From the IMG/VR virus record IMGVR_UViG_3300037235_000042, positions 1 to 64,000 of that record: a stretch of DNA of 64,000 nucleotides; one strand, 5' to 3'. Made by a program: the position numbers and the translations under genes. Origin of the DNA: a virus. Below, piece by piece: positions 32,944 through 41,978 of the stretch (the stretch's first letter is position 1; the number at the start of each line of letters is the position of its first letter). Below the pieces are notes generated by a model. It had not been told where the DNA came from. It saw nothing but the letters and a program-made list of their open reading frames with translations, and did not search any database.

Positions 32944-33126
32944 TTATTGCACCCCCAGTTTATACGACGCCTTCTTGTTCTTCCGTTGACGTTTTTTACC
33001 TTTTTTAAACTTGGCCTTCGCGTAACGGACTTGTGGCGGATATTTTTTGAACACTCGTTCACGATGCGCCTTGCGTTCCGCCGCCTTGCGGAGCTTGGTC
33101 GCTAGTTTCTGTCCTGTTGTACGCAT
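32944..33126 (-). CDS. small Lys/Arg-rich protein inside tRNA array B
   Basis: GAGGTG RBS; about 24 of 60 residues are K/R. Confidence 0.55.
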   Translation of the reverse strand: MRTTGQKLATKLRKAAERKAHRERVFKKYPPQVRYAKAKFKKGKKRQRKNKKASYKLGVQ

Positions 33127-33174
33127 TGACGTTCACCTCTTAGTGAATCGTCATGGCGGACCTCCTTTGGAATT

Positions 33175-33251
33175 TGGCGACACCGGGAGGACTCCAACCT
33201 CCACCCTTCCGCTTAACAGGCGGCTGCTCGGCGCATCTCAGCTTCGGTGCC
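33175..33251 (-). tRNA. tRNA-Asn(GTT)
   Basis: GGCACCG/CGGTGTC-G-CCA; GCCGC CT GTT AA GCGGA. Confidence 0.85.
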
Positions 33252-33283
33252 AAAATATTAAAGGTCCCCATCTCTGAGGACCC
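33252..33283 (-). terminator. intrinsic terminator (attenuator B)
   Basis: GGGTCCTCA GAGA TGGGGACCT TTAATATTTT directly before tRNA-Asn. Confidence 0.75.
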
Positions 33284-33318
33284 TTTTTGTCTCCACTCCA
33301 ACAGTGATAAAGAGACAG

Positions 33319-33390
33319 TCAGGTCCCCAAACGCATATTGCGCTTCACTTTAATGACGCGCCTAGCTGAGTTGGGGTTGATCAATCTCAT
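33319..33390 (-). CDS. leader peptide B (23 aa) before the Asn/Met/Val/Ile/Lys/Arg array
   Basis: MRLINPNSARRVIKVKRNMRLGT*; core RRVIKVKRNMR consists only of array amino acids; ends in TGGGGACCT, identical to the terminator 3' arm. Confidence 0.82.
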   Translation of the reverse strand: MRLINPNSARRVIKVKRNMRLGT

Positions 33391-33399
33391 GGTTTGGGT

Positions 33400-33429
33400 A
33401 GGATACGAAATTGGAGTAGGAGATGTCAA
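33400..33429 (-). promoter_or_regulatory. sigma70-type promoter for leader B/array B
   Basis: TTGACA-18-TATCCT, -10 box ending 9 nt before the leader ATG. Confidence 0.7.
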
Positions 33430-33653
33430 GCTAATTTCCTATACGCATACCCGCCGTTTTTCACGAATTCATGGAAATACTGCCCCGACGACAACGCCTG
33501 CGCGAACCCGGTCACCACATCTCCTGCAACCTGTGAGTAAACATAGGTCGAGCCGTTTTTAAACTGGACGTACAGCTCCATCGCGTCTTCGTCATAAGCG
33601 ACCGCTGCTAAATGCCCGGACGGAACGATTTGTATCTCCTTCAACACTCTCAT
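33426..33653 (-). CDS. KTSC-domain protein
   Basis: SG.LAAVAYD.....LYVQFKNGSTYVYSQV.....ALSSGQYFHEFVK. Confidence 0.9.
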   Translation of the reverse strand: MRVLKEIQIVPSGHLAAVAYDEDAMELYVQFKNGSTYVYSQVAGDVVTGFAQALSSGQYFHEFVKNGGYAYRKLA

Positions 33654-33667
33654 ATACTACATCAGAA

Positions 33668-34525
33668 ATGGCGAAACCGGAAAAATCCGTCCAAGAACTC
33701 CTCTCCGCAGGCGGCAACGGTCCCATCACCACACAATCTCTAGCCAAGCTGCTCGAAGTCGGCCTGCCGGAGATCCAGTCCCTGATCGATAATGAATATC
33801 TGCGCGTAATCTTCAACAAGGAATCCTTTCCTGCAACCGTCGTCGCCTGTCCAGGGGATCGCGGGTTGATCTGGCTCCGGCAGATGTTCCGTCCTTTTTA
33901 TCTTCGGCCTATGATCAAGTTGGTTGAAGTACGCGAGATGATCGAACAGTATAGAAAAAAGGAACCCAAACGCTGGGAGATTGACCGATGGGCAGCCGTT
34001 ATGGGAACGCTGGATTTCTACCGGAAGCTATGCTTCGAACACCGGATTCCAATCTACCACGACGAGGAATTCGGGGAGTTACTGACTATTGAAGGCTTCG
34101 GCTGGTTGCTCCTCCGGCTCCGGACGTCTTGGCAGAAACGAGGGAAAAAGGATCAGGCTTCGCTCTTAGCCTATCTGCTTAACACCCTACCGGATCCGCA
34201 ACTGAAGCCTAAGGATCCTCTGGAAGTCCCGCGTTACTCTGCCCAGTTGTCGAAAGAGATAAACCGGATCGCCCGTTTGCCTATTGAACAACGGACGATC
34301 ATGGCGCTGAATCTCTACCAGTGCTGGAAGGATGCACGGACAGTTCAGGAATGCCTGATCAAGTTGAAGGATCTGGAGAGGTATCTGGAAAAGGATAACG
34401 GTGGTCCAGGAAGCGGACATAGACGTAATCAATACGCGTTCAAATGCGGCCCGAGGGTAGCTGAGGTAATGGAATTCGACCGCAGGATCGAGAGGTTGAA
34501 GGATCAGGTTACGACGGTCGAGTAA
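33668..34525 (+). CDS. hypothetical protein, possible N-terminal HTH
   Basis: 285 aa; ITTQSLAKLLEVG..EIQSLI. Confidence 0.65.
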   Translation: MAKPEKSVQELLSAGGNGPITTQSLAKLLEVGLPEIQSLIDNEYLRVIFNKESFPATVVACPGDRGLIWLRQMFRPFYLRPMIKLVEVREMIEQYRKKEPKRWEIDRWAAVMGTLDFYRKLCFEHRIPIYHDEEFGELLTIEGFGWLLLRLRTSWQKRGKKDQASLLAYLLNTLPDPQLKPKDPLEVPRYSAQLSKEINRIARLPIEQRTIMALNLYQCWKDARTVQECLIKLKDLERYLEKDNGGPGSGHRRNQYAFKCGPRVAEVMEFDRRIERLKDQVTTVE

Positions 34526-34530
34526 ACCGA

Positions 34531-34722
34531 TCAGCAATCCGGCTTGTGGACGATTATTAAAGTGTCGACGTTCGGGATTATCTGCGGTCGACAGTCGCAA
34601 TCCCTTCCGATCTTGTGGCCGTGATGAAACTGAACCCCGTCGATCTCAATCCCTTGTACGACGTCGATCTGCACGACTTCTGCTTCACCGTCGTCGGGGA
34701 TTACCAGCCATTGACGTTTCAT
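34531..34722 (-). CDS. small hypothetical protein (H..CDCRP motif)
   Basis: Operon order; HKIGRDCDCRP...IIVH. Confidence 0.6.
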   Translation of the reverse strand: MKRQWLVIPDDGEAEVVQIDVVQGIEIDGVQFHHGHKIGRDCDCRPQIIPNVDTLIIVHKPDC

Positions 34723-34954
34723 CTTCTTGGGAAGAGTCGATCTCTTTCTTGAGTTCGTTGGCCATTTTTAACAAATGATCAGGTTCTTCGGACTCTAGGA
34801 TTGACATAACCTCGTCGCGGGAGAGATCGATCAGGAATCCTCCGTCGATAGGCGAACTCCCGGCGAGGAAGATCGAACAATGATCGTCGTCGATGGGCTT
34901 GACCACGGCTAGGAGATCAGTGTTGATTAGTAATTCGTCGAGCAGGATGAACAT
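34685..34954 (-). CDS. hypothetical protein
   Basis: Start abuts the upstream stop. Confidence 0.6.
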   Translation of the reverse strand: MFILLDELLINTDLLAVVKPIDDDHCSIFLAGSSPIDGGFLIDLSRDEVMSILESEEPDHLLKMANELKKEIDSSQEDETSMAGNPRRR

Positions 34955-37489
34955 TTACCTATTAACCTCTTCTCTGGTTTCCGTCTCTTCTTTCTGATCT
35001 TCCTTAGGCGCTGACTGTCCCGCGACCGCAGCTCCCGCGTAGCGTCCGACTCGACGAGGCTTATCCAATCTACCAGACTTGGCCGGAGTAATCTTAACCC
35101 TTCTAGGCGGTTTCGCTCCACGATACGCTGAGTATTGCGTTAACTGTCGGTCGAGATCCGCGATGGAGTTCTGGATCTGTTGCTGCAGATCCGACGGTAA
35201 CGCAGCATAAGGCGTGATATTCCGTCCTCCTCCAGCCCTGGCCACGTAATCCTGCAACCGCTTCATGGCTTGGTACGCCATCTGTGGATCGGTCGTGTAC
35301 ATCGTCCCTGGACCGACACGGGACACGTCACCACCAGAAGTTTCAGGGATCATTTGCCAGACGGTTTCACGTTTGGTCGGAGAGCCGGTAAAACTACGAT
35401 CAGGCGTGATACTCCCTTTCGGGCCGATTTCAAGCTTTCGCTCCTTGGGTGGAGTGTAGTAATCCTTGTGGAACGCCGGATCACCACCGACGCCGGTTCT
35501 TCCCTTGTGCGAAGACGGCTCGAAAGGTTCATAGCTAGGATTGGGAACTTCCCGCGTCCCCGCGTACTCCATCCGAGTCGACCGTTCATAAGGAGTGATT
35601 AATTCCTGAGGAATTCCGCCGTTGACGCGAAACATGGGCTCCCCCGGAGAGGAAGTAGTCATGTCACGTACTGGAACAGCACTGAAACTGTCTGCTTGGC
35701 CTTTTCCGTAAACTCGATGAATAGGTGCTTGTGAAGACGATGGAAGGGCTTTCTGTTCCACCGGAGCGACTTCTACCTTTTCTCCAGTTGCACCTTCGCC
35801 GAGCTTCCCTACTCCTTGCTTGAACCAGAGGTTGAACTCCCCGGCTGGTTCACGTTCGAATCTTAACGCCCGCTTGGCGACGTGGCGTTCCCACAACGAA
35901 CCGTGTTCCAGATTACCAAGATAACCTTTCGCTACTTCAGCTGCTTGGCTAGGGTCGACATCAGCGAAGTAGGTCGCGTGAATGCCGTCACGGAAGCGGA
36001 TCGCCGCAGCTTCCCTGGCTCCGTATTGTCGAAGGTCGACTCCGCTTATTTCAGATAACTTCGGATACATGAACTGCCGGATCGAGTCAGCGGCGATCTT
36101 CCATGCGTAGATTGTGTCAGCGGACGCACCAATAGTCTTACCAGGGACTCCACTTAGCGCTCCCTTGATCTTCTTGTTCGCGGTTATTTTGATATCGTTC
36201 AACTCGCCGATATTCTTAGCGTCGTCGACACGGTCAGCGAGGTTGTAGAGCGCTCTGGCGAGTTGAGGGTTGGCTGCTTTCTCTTCTTCAGCTGCGGAAT
36301 TCATCAGATCGTCTATGATCTTAGGCTTTATATCCTTGATGGAATCCGCCGCGTATTCCTGCGCGATCTTTCTAAACGGACGGTCAGCAATATCAACCGC
36401 GCCACTTGAAGCTTCTAGCGCCCGTCGTGCACCAGCGCGGATATTGCTCACGAACTTCCCAGTCGGGTTCCCTTGAGCATCAAACGCGGGTTCTACCCGT
36501 TGAAACCACTTCGCACCGCGCCGGACAGGAAACGATCCCGTGAACCGGCCTTTCATACTTTTGGTGGCCGGACTCTCTGAGAAGAAATCCGGATGAACAA
36601 CTCTTTCTTCCAAGGACCGCTGGTCGACGTAGCCGCTTTCCTGCAGCCATTGTTTCAACAAGGGTCGAACCTGTTGAGCGATCCACAAGTTATCATGGAC
36701 TTCACCGTAGATCGGTGTTCGATCAGCTTGGGACTTCCCGATCATTGCGGCGAGACTTTCGTCTTCCTTAACCGCGTGTCGGCCTGTAGCCTCACTGGAT
36801 TCACTCCCGCCGACGACTTTCTTCAACAATTTCCCTGCGCCGATAGTTGCAGCAGGAACGGTAAACATCGACGCAAGGCCACTAGTGTACATCCCTGCAC
36901 CGAAGTCCCTCCAAGCCTGATCAGGATCGCCGCCGAACAAGGCTGAGGTGAAGTTAAGTGATTTCCAAGCTTCCTTTGCTCCACCTTCTTTATTCGCTTC
37001 AGGATGAGATTGGAGATAACGTTGGAATTCTGAATCTGGTCTATCGGTTAATTGCCGGAAGGGGTCGGTCAGTCCCTTGCCGAAGTTCAGCGTAGAATCC
37101 CAGATCTTCTTCCCGGTCATCGGTCGGCCAGTTTCAGGATCGTTCAGAATAGCCATCGGTGCGCCGAGCTGGTCGGCTATTCCTTTACCTAATTCAACGA
37201 TGCCTGACGCTGCCCGGACGGTTCCGGCGTCGGACGTGGGTTCAACCTTTGTCTTCGGCCCAGCAGCAGGACGTTTAGCCTGTGCATAAGCAGCTGGAGC
37301 CAAGCGTTCAATGGTCTCGTCGAATTTCCTGTCTGACAGCTTGCCGAAATCCGGATCATGTTGCGCAAGGAAATCCTTCTGCCCCTTGGGCGTCATGGCA
37401 TGGAAATCCGGATCGTTCAGCACTGATTGGATGACTTGGGAGTTATCCTGGGGGCTGGACGCCTGCGGGTTGTTTTGCTCCGGGGGCAT
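34955..37489 (-). CDS. large internal virion/ejection protein (putative)
   Basis: 844 aa, helical, last of three A/G/Q-rich genes after the tail genes. Confidence 0.6.
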   Translation of the reverse strand: MPPEQNNPQASSPQDNSQVIQSVLNDPDFHAMTPKGQKDFLAQHDPDFGKLSDRKFDETIERLAPAAYAQAKRPAAGPKTKVEPTSDAGTVRAASGIVELGKGIADQLGAPMAILNDPETGRPMTGKKIWDSTLNFGKGLTDPFRQLTDRPDSEFQRYLQSHPEANKEGGAKEAWKSLNFTSALFGGDPDQAWRDFGAGMYTSGLASMFTVPAATIGAGKLLKKVVGGSESSEATGRHAVKEDESLAAMIGKSQADRTPIYGEVHDNLWIAQQVRPLLKQWLQESGYVDQRSLEERVVHPDFFSESPATKSMKGRFTGSFPVRRGAKWFQRVEPAFDAQGNPTGKFVSNIRAGARRALEASSGAVDIADRPFRKIAQEYAADSIKDIKPKIIDDLMNSAAEEEKAANPQLARALYNLADRVDDAKNIGELNDIKITANKKIKGALSGVPGKTIGASADTIYAWKIAADSIRQFMYPKLSEISGVDLRQYGAREAAAIRFRDGIHATYFADVDPSQAAEVAKGYLGNLEHGSLWERHVAKRALRFEREPAGEFNLWFKQGVGKLGEGATGEKVEVAPVEQKALPSSSQAPIHRVYGKGQADSFSAVPVRDMTTSSPGEPMFRVNGGIPQELITPYERSTRMEYAGTREVPNPSYEPFEPSSHKGRTGVGGDPAFHKDYYTPPKERKLEIGPKGSITPDRSFTGSPTKRETVWQMIPETSGGDVSRVGPGTMYTTDPQMAYQAMKRLQDYVARAGGGRNITPYAALPSDLQQQIQNSIADLDRQLTQYSAYRGAKPPRRVKITPAKSGRLDKPRRVGRYAGAAVAGQSAPKEDQKEETETREEVNR

Positions 37490-39674
37490 ACTTTTTGTTC
37501 AACCGTTCCTGGATTTCTTCGTCAGATTCCTTCTTCTCTCCAGCAGCAGCGTGGTGTTCCGCTGGTTCCGCTGATCGAGGGAACTTTTTATCCAGCTCCT
37601 CCTGCATATCCTTCGGCAGAAATCCCTTAGCTACATCGACGTCGTCTTGCAGGGTGTTGAGTTTCTGGGTCGCCTGAGCCTCGTCTTGGACATTGACGCC
37701 TAGCACGGGAAGTTCGTTCGACAACATGGCGTACATGGCCTGTTGAGGCTTACCGGAACTTCCTTGGAGCGAACGGATCGTAGCAGCGTTCGTCCAGGCG
37801 CGAAAGAAGTTGGTCAGATAAGTTTGTCCCGCCGGGCTCACCTTGCTTAAAGCTTCGTTGACTGCCGGGATCGCTGACCAGTTGTCTTTGAAATATGCCA
37901 GCCAGCCATAGTCGGAAGAATCATGCCCAGCGGATTGAGTCTTGGCCAGCGAATCCAAAGCCCGCATGGCGACTGAGATATTCTGCAGATCTTCTTTGTT
38001 CCTTAGAACGTTCAACGTAGATTTTCGCAGCCCGATATCCGTCTTCGATCCCGGCATGCCGTTGATCGTCAGTTCCTGTCCAGCGATAGCCTTAGCCGCA
38101 CCTTGGTTATCCTTGGAGTATTTCTGGAACGCAATCGCGCCATGAGGAACGCCAGATTCTTGTGCGACCTTGTCTGCTTGTTTGAGATGATCTTCGACAG
38201 TTTTAGACTTATGGTGTTCAGGGGTAGGCTTCGTGGCCTTCGGAGGAACGTTGTGTAACGGCTGTTCTCCTCCTCCACGTTCACCTTCGCCGATTAGTTG
38301 TGCCCCTTCCTTAACCGCGCCTTCCGAGCCGACGTCGATTGGCTTGTCGACCTTCGTCCCCTTAGGTGGAGCGATCATCTGATGCTTGTACTGCGGCATG
38401 AACGGGACGACTAGTGTAGTAGGATTCCCGTTCGCGTCTCGTCCATCGATTTTTATATACTGCCCCTTCTGCGGAACCTTACCAACTTCTGCGCCTTCCC
38501 AAGTCTTGGTTAGAGGGTTGAAAACTCTTTGCACCGGTTGACCACTGGCGTCAGCGGTGGTCTTCAACTGACCGGAGACGGTCATAGGTTCGTAGCGGAC
38601 CATGGGCTGCCCGCCTGACTCGCCGTAGATAACTTCTCGGTAAGCATCTCCATCAGCCGGAGTGAACGTTCCACTCGGCCCAGGAACGCCGTTCGGATAC
38701 ATTTTCTTCAAATCTGTTCCAGTCACGTTCGGCCCGTAGCGGGGTGCGAAATACTTAGCTGCTCCTTGCGAGGCCGTTCCTCCGAGCGCCGAGATAGCGT
38801 CCTTAGTCTGCTGGATCTGACCGTCGTGTTGAGCCTTCGCCGCGTCGTCCATCTTCGACGTGTCCTGCTGCGTCAGGTCAGCCAGCTTACTCTGCAGCTC
38901 GACCTTCCGGGCTTCGTTCTCGGCGTTCTGTCCGCCGTATTTCTGATCGGCTTGGGCCTGTTTTGATCCTAGCTGATTGGCTTGGATATAAACCGGTGGC
39001 CCGAGCTTTAGTAGGGTTCCATAGATCCCTTCCATCTTCTCTTGGGGATCTTTCGAGAACGCTTGTTGAATAGGATTAGCGTTCTGATCCTGTTTCTTTT
39101 TCTTCCCCTTTCCTTGCGGAGTGATCTGCGCACCGTAAATCCCCATCCAGTTCTTCCACGAAGTATCGACTGCGCCACGGGCTTGGTCGAATTCTTTCAA
39201 CTGACTGTTGATCTCGTCGAGTCGGGCGGCTTGCTTGCTGGAATCTTCAGTCGGCTGACGAAGCGCTGGATCACCGGCTGAAGCTTGGGCGGTTCTTGAC
39301 TGGATCTCTCCTTCGATCTTCTTCTTCTCTTCCTGAAGTTTCTTCGGATCCCCATAACGCTTGACCATGTCGAGATATTTCTCGGCGTCGTTGTTATAGG
39401 AATACTGAGCAGCGTCGGCTTGCTTCTTCAGCTTCAGCGCCTTGATCTGATCAGCTTGAGCTTTCCCTTTCATGTAACCGCGCAGGATGGAATCGCCCAT
39501 CGAAGCGATCCCGCCCAAGGCTCCTTTGCCGCCACCGCCGAAGCCTAGGCTAGAAGGCTTGAACGGAGCCGGGGTTTCTACTTGTTGTGGAGGAGGCGCG
39601 GTGGCAGATTCCGGCAACTGTGCAGGTTGATAAGGCTGAGGGTCGGTCGGGTTATACTGAGGCGTCGTAGGCAT
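37443..39674 (-). CDS. internal virion/ejection protein (putative)
   Basis: 743 aa, Q/K/A-rich coiled coils. Confidence 0.6.
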   Translation of the reverse strand: MPTTPQYNPTDPQPYQPAQLPESATAPPPQQVETPAPFKPSSLGFGGGGKGALGGIASMGDSILRGYMKGKAQADQIKALKLKKQADAAQYSYNNDAEKYLDMVKRYGDPKKLQEEKKKIEGEIQSRTAQASAGDPALRQPTEDSSKQAARLDEINSQLKEFDQARGAVDTSWKNWMGIYGAQITPQGKGKKKKQDQNANPIQQAFSKDPQEKMEGIYGTLLKLGPPVYIQANQLGSKQAQADQKYGGQNAENEARKVELQSKLADLTQQDTSKMDDAAKAQHDGQIQQTKDAISALGGTASQGAAKYFAPRYGPNVTGTDLKKMYPNGVPGPSGTFTPADGDAYREVIYGESGGQPMVRYEPMTVSGQLKTTADASGQPVQRVFNPLTKTWEGAEVGKVPQKGQYIKIDGRDANGNPTTLVVPFMPQYKHQMIAPPKGTKVDKPIDVGSEGAVKEGAQLIGEGERGGGEQPLHNVPPKATKPTPEHHKSKTVEDHLKQADKVAQESGVPHGAIAFQKYSKDNQGAAKAIAGQELTINGMPGSKTDIGLRKSTLNVLRNKEDLQNISVAMRALDSLAKTQSAGHDSSDYGWLAYFKDNWSAIPAVNEALSKVSPAGQTYLTNFFRAWTNAATIRSLQGSSGKPQQAMYAMLSNELPVLGVNVQDEAQATQKLNTLQDDVDVAKGFLPKDMQEELDKKFPRSAEPAEHHAAAGEKKESDEEIQERLNKKYAPGAKQPAGVQPPG

Positions 39675-39677
39675 AGG

Positions 39678-40280
39678 TTAAGCCAATATCGCAGCTGTCC
39701 CCAGTTCCGCGCCCGATCCGGCGAGACTGCTCAGGGAGCCGAGGACATTCCCTTTCTGCTCCGCTTGGATCTGTTGCTCAGCGATTTGCTGATTACCGAG
39801 ATTGGCTAGAGTGCTCGATCCAGCGCTTAAGCTGGAAATTCCCGTCCCTGCAGCTGAGATCGATTCCCCAACCCCCTGACCAGCGATCTGCGCTAGGGCA
39901 TTCGGAGCGCCTAGGAAAGCCTGAGTCGCGGTCTGGCCGACCTGTGCTCCTTTGTTCGCCTGAACGTTGGCCAAGGCGAGATTCTTTTCGCCGCCAGCCG
40001 GAGCGGATTCGAGAATTGACTGGGTTGCGCCTTGGGCGGATTGCTGGATCTGCCCGGCAGCAGGCCCGATAGCCTGCATGATCGACGAAGGATCGCCGGA
40101 AGCCAGTTTGGTGTAGAAATCTTCAGCGGTGGCTAGGCCGGGCTCGGTGAGGCCGAACAGGGTCTGTGCGTTCTGATTCTGTTGCTGCGCGATTTGAACC
40201 AGTGAAGTTTGGTTACTCAACTCCCCCTGAGTTACTTCCAGGCTCGCTCCCGCTGATCCGCCCTTCGAGCTTCCGCCCAT
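39678..40280 (-). CDS. DNA pilot/ejection protein (putative)
   Basis: MGGSSKGG start, A/G/Q/S-rich, follows a GNAT-like gene. Confidence 0.6.
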   Translation of the reverse strand: MGGSSKGGSAGASLEVTQGELSNQTSLVQIAQQQNQNAQTLFGLTEPGLATAEDFYTKLASGDPSSIMQAIGPAAGQIQQSAQGATQSILESAPAGGEKNLALANVQANKGAQVGQTATQAFLGAPNALAQIAGQGVGESISAAGTGISSLSAGSSTLANLGNQQIAEQQIQAEQKGNVLGSLSSLAGSGAELGTAAILA

Positions 40281-40938
40281 TTAATTCCCCGTCCTTATAG
40301 AGCCTAACTAGTTTCTGTTCAACATACTGTTCAAAATCTTCGATAAACAGGGTCGACGAGACTGCTCCAACCAGTTTATCCCCCTGCATCATGTAACGAG
40401 GGATCAGGCCATTCTCGCGAAAGCCGAAAGTTCGTGTAAAGCGAGCAGTCAGCCCGTTGCTAGGGTAGCGTAAACCATGAATAGCCGTCACGTCGAACTG
40501 AACAAAAAAGTACGCCAAGCCGAGCATCCCCAGAATTTCCGCCTCAGGCCGTCCCCATACTTCTTTAAACAGGCCATACCCGGCGAACAGGGCTCGTTCA
40601 GGGCCGGTTTTATTCCCGATGACTGGTAGAGTTGACGGAAAACCGATTCCGGCCTCCTTGAACTCTTCCGGGCCAATCCAGATTCCAGCGATTATGACAG
40701 GACGAGTCGCGAGGTAGGTGGTTATGGCGTCGTGCGACAGGTCAGTCATGCCGCAGAACAGGGAAGGGAGGATTCCTAAAGGAGACCGTCGCCCGGAATC
40801 TTTACACAACTGCCAAAGCTTGGTCAGGTAACCAGGAGGAAAGACATCTGTTCGACTACGGTCGTACAGCATGACTTCGCAGTCGCCGATCCTGAACCCA
40901 TCTTGTTTGAGCGCCAGAAGGACGGAATCTTCCTTCAT
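40213..40938 (-). CDS. GNAT-fold acetyltransferase-like virion assembly protein
   Basis: WGRPEA...YFF..FDV.AIHG...SNGLTARF.RTFGFRENG.IP.Y. Confidence 0.6.
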   Translation of the reverse strand: MKEDSVLLALKQDGFRIGDCEVMLYDRSRTDVFPPGYLTKLWQLCKDSGRRSPLGILPSLFCGMTDLSHDAITTYLATRPVIIAGIWIGPEEFKEAGIGFPSTLPVIGNKTGPERALFAGYGLFKEVWGRPEAEILGMLGLAYFFVQFDVTAIHGLRYPSNGLTARFTRTFGFRENGLIPRYMMQGDKLVGAVSSTLFIEDFEQYVEQKLVRLYKDGELNGRKLEGRISGSEPGSNSGGVE

Positions 40939-41369
40939 TAGAATCCCGTGACGGTGAAGAAGGCCAAGATTAATGCTGCTACGAAGAAGAACACGCCATA
41001 TGTTCCCAGAGCTAGGGTGAACGCGTAGCGACTTGCCGTGTAGTTCGATTGCATAGAACCGGTCATTGTGTAACGGGAGGCGATGTAACTTTCATAAGCC
41101 AACGTAACCCAGAGGTTGAAGATCAGCGAACTGACAGTGGAGATCAGGAACATTCCGCCGAGCATGGGAACGTGTAGCTCGCCAAACTTGAACGCACCGA
41201 CCAAAGAAAGGATGAAGATCGTCCAGTAAGTAAAACGATAAGGAGCCCAGACGACCGCGAACATGAACTTGTGCCCTGCGGGGTCCATTTCGTAAACCTT
41301 CCCGCGAAGCCGGAACCAGAAAACCAGCCAGAGCAGGACGAACGCGCTAATGCTAAGGTAGAACATCAA
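40938..41369 (-). CDS. four-TM membrane protein
   Basis: Four hydrophobic segments. Confidence 0.7.
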   Translation of the reverse strand: MMFYLSISAFVLLWLVFWFRLRGKVYEMDPAGHKFMFAVVWAPYRFTYWTIFILSLVGAFKFGELHVPMLGGMFLISTVSSLIFNLWVTLAYESYIASRYTMTGSMQSNYTASRYAFTLALGTYGVFFFVAALILAFFTVTGF

Positions 41370-41656
41370 TTCGACCTCTGGCCTACGACCATTTGTGGGA
41401 CTGTTAGTGGAGAAGGACCATTCCAGGTGTTGGACGCGCTTTCCAGATTCGCCGCAGCACTAAGCAACGGCTGCATACACGGGGAGAGAAGACTGTATTT
41501 CCTCTTTATCAGGACGGCTCCAGCTAGTTTGTTGATCGCTTTGCTCATCGACCGGAGAGCGTCGACGATTTCCATTTCGGTCATGTCGTCCCGGATAGCA
41601 ACGGACAGGGAATAAAGATCAGCCATTGAGATCTCCTCGCCAGAAGAGTAGAACAT
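41366..41656 (-). CDS. hypothetical protein
   Basis: GAGGAG RBS before an internal Met. Confidence 0.55.
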   Translation of the reverse strand: MFYSSGEEISMADLYSLSVAIRDDMTEMEIVDALRSMSKAINKLAGAVLIKRKYSLLSPCMQPLLSAAANLESASNTWNGPSPLTVPQMVVGQRSN

Positions 41657-41669
41657 TGTAAGAGATTGG

Positions 41670-41969
41670 TCAAGTCTTTTCTTGAGGATCGAGATCGATG
41701 GTCTTCCCGTTCAGGCTGATCAGTTCCATGTGGGATTGAGTCCGGCGAACGTGCTTGGTTAGCATCTCCTGACCTACCCACTGGAGCCATTTCTGGATAT
41801 CCCCGCCGAATTTCAAATCGAGCGCGGTTGACTCGATGGCGTAGGTTTCCTTAATTCCAGCTATAGTCTGGTTGGAATCGGTTAGCTCGATGATATGAAC
41901 GAGGATCGTGTGATGACCAGTGGTTCCATCGACGGAAGGTTTCTCGATTTTCAGCTGATACTTCGACAT
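41670..41969 (-). CDS. hypothetical protein
   Basis: Operon order. Confidence 0.6.
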   Translation of the reverse strand: MSKYQLKIEKPSVDGTTGHHTILVHIIELTDSNQTIAGIKETYAIESTALDLKFGGDIQKWLQWVGQEMLTKHVRRTQSHMELISLNGKTIDLDPQEKT

Positions 41970-41978
41970 TGGTAACCT

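Noticed and set aside
33150-33170. GGAGGTCC-G-CCA as another tRNA 3' end
   Set aside because: No room for, or evidence of, matching arms; at most a remnant
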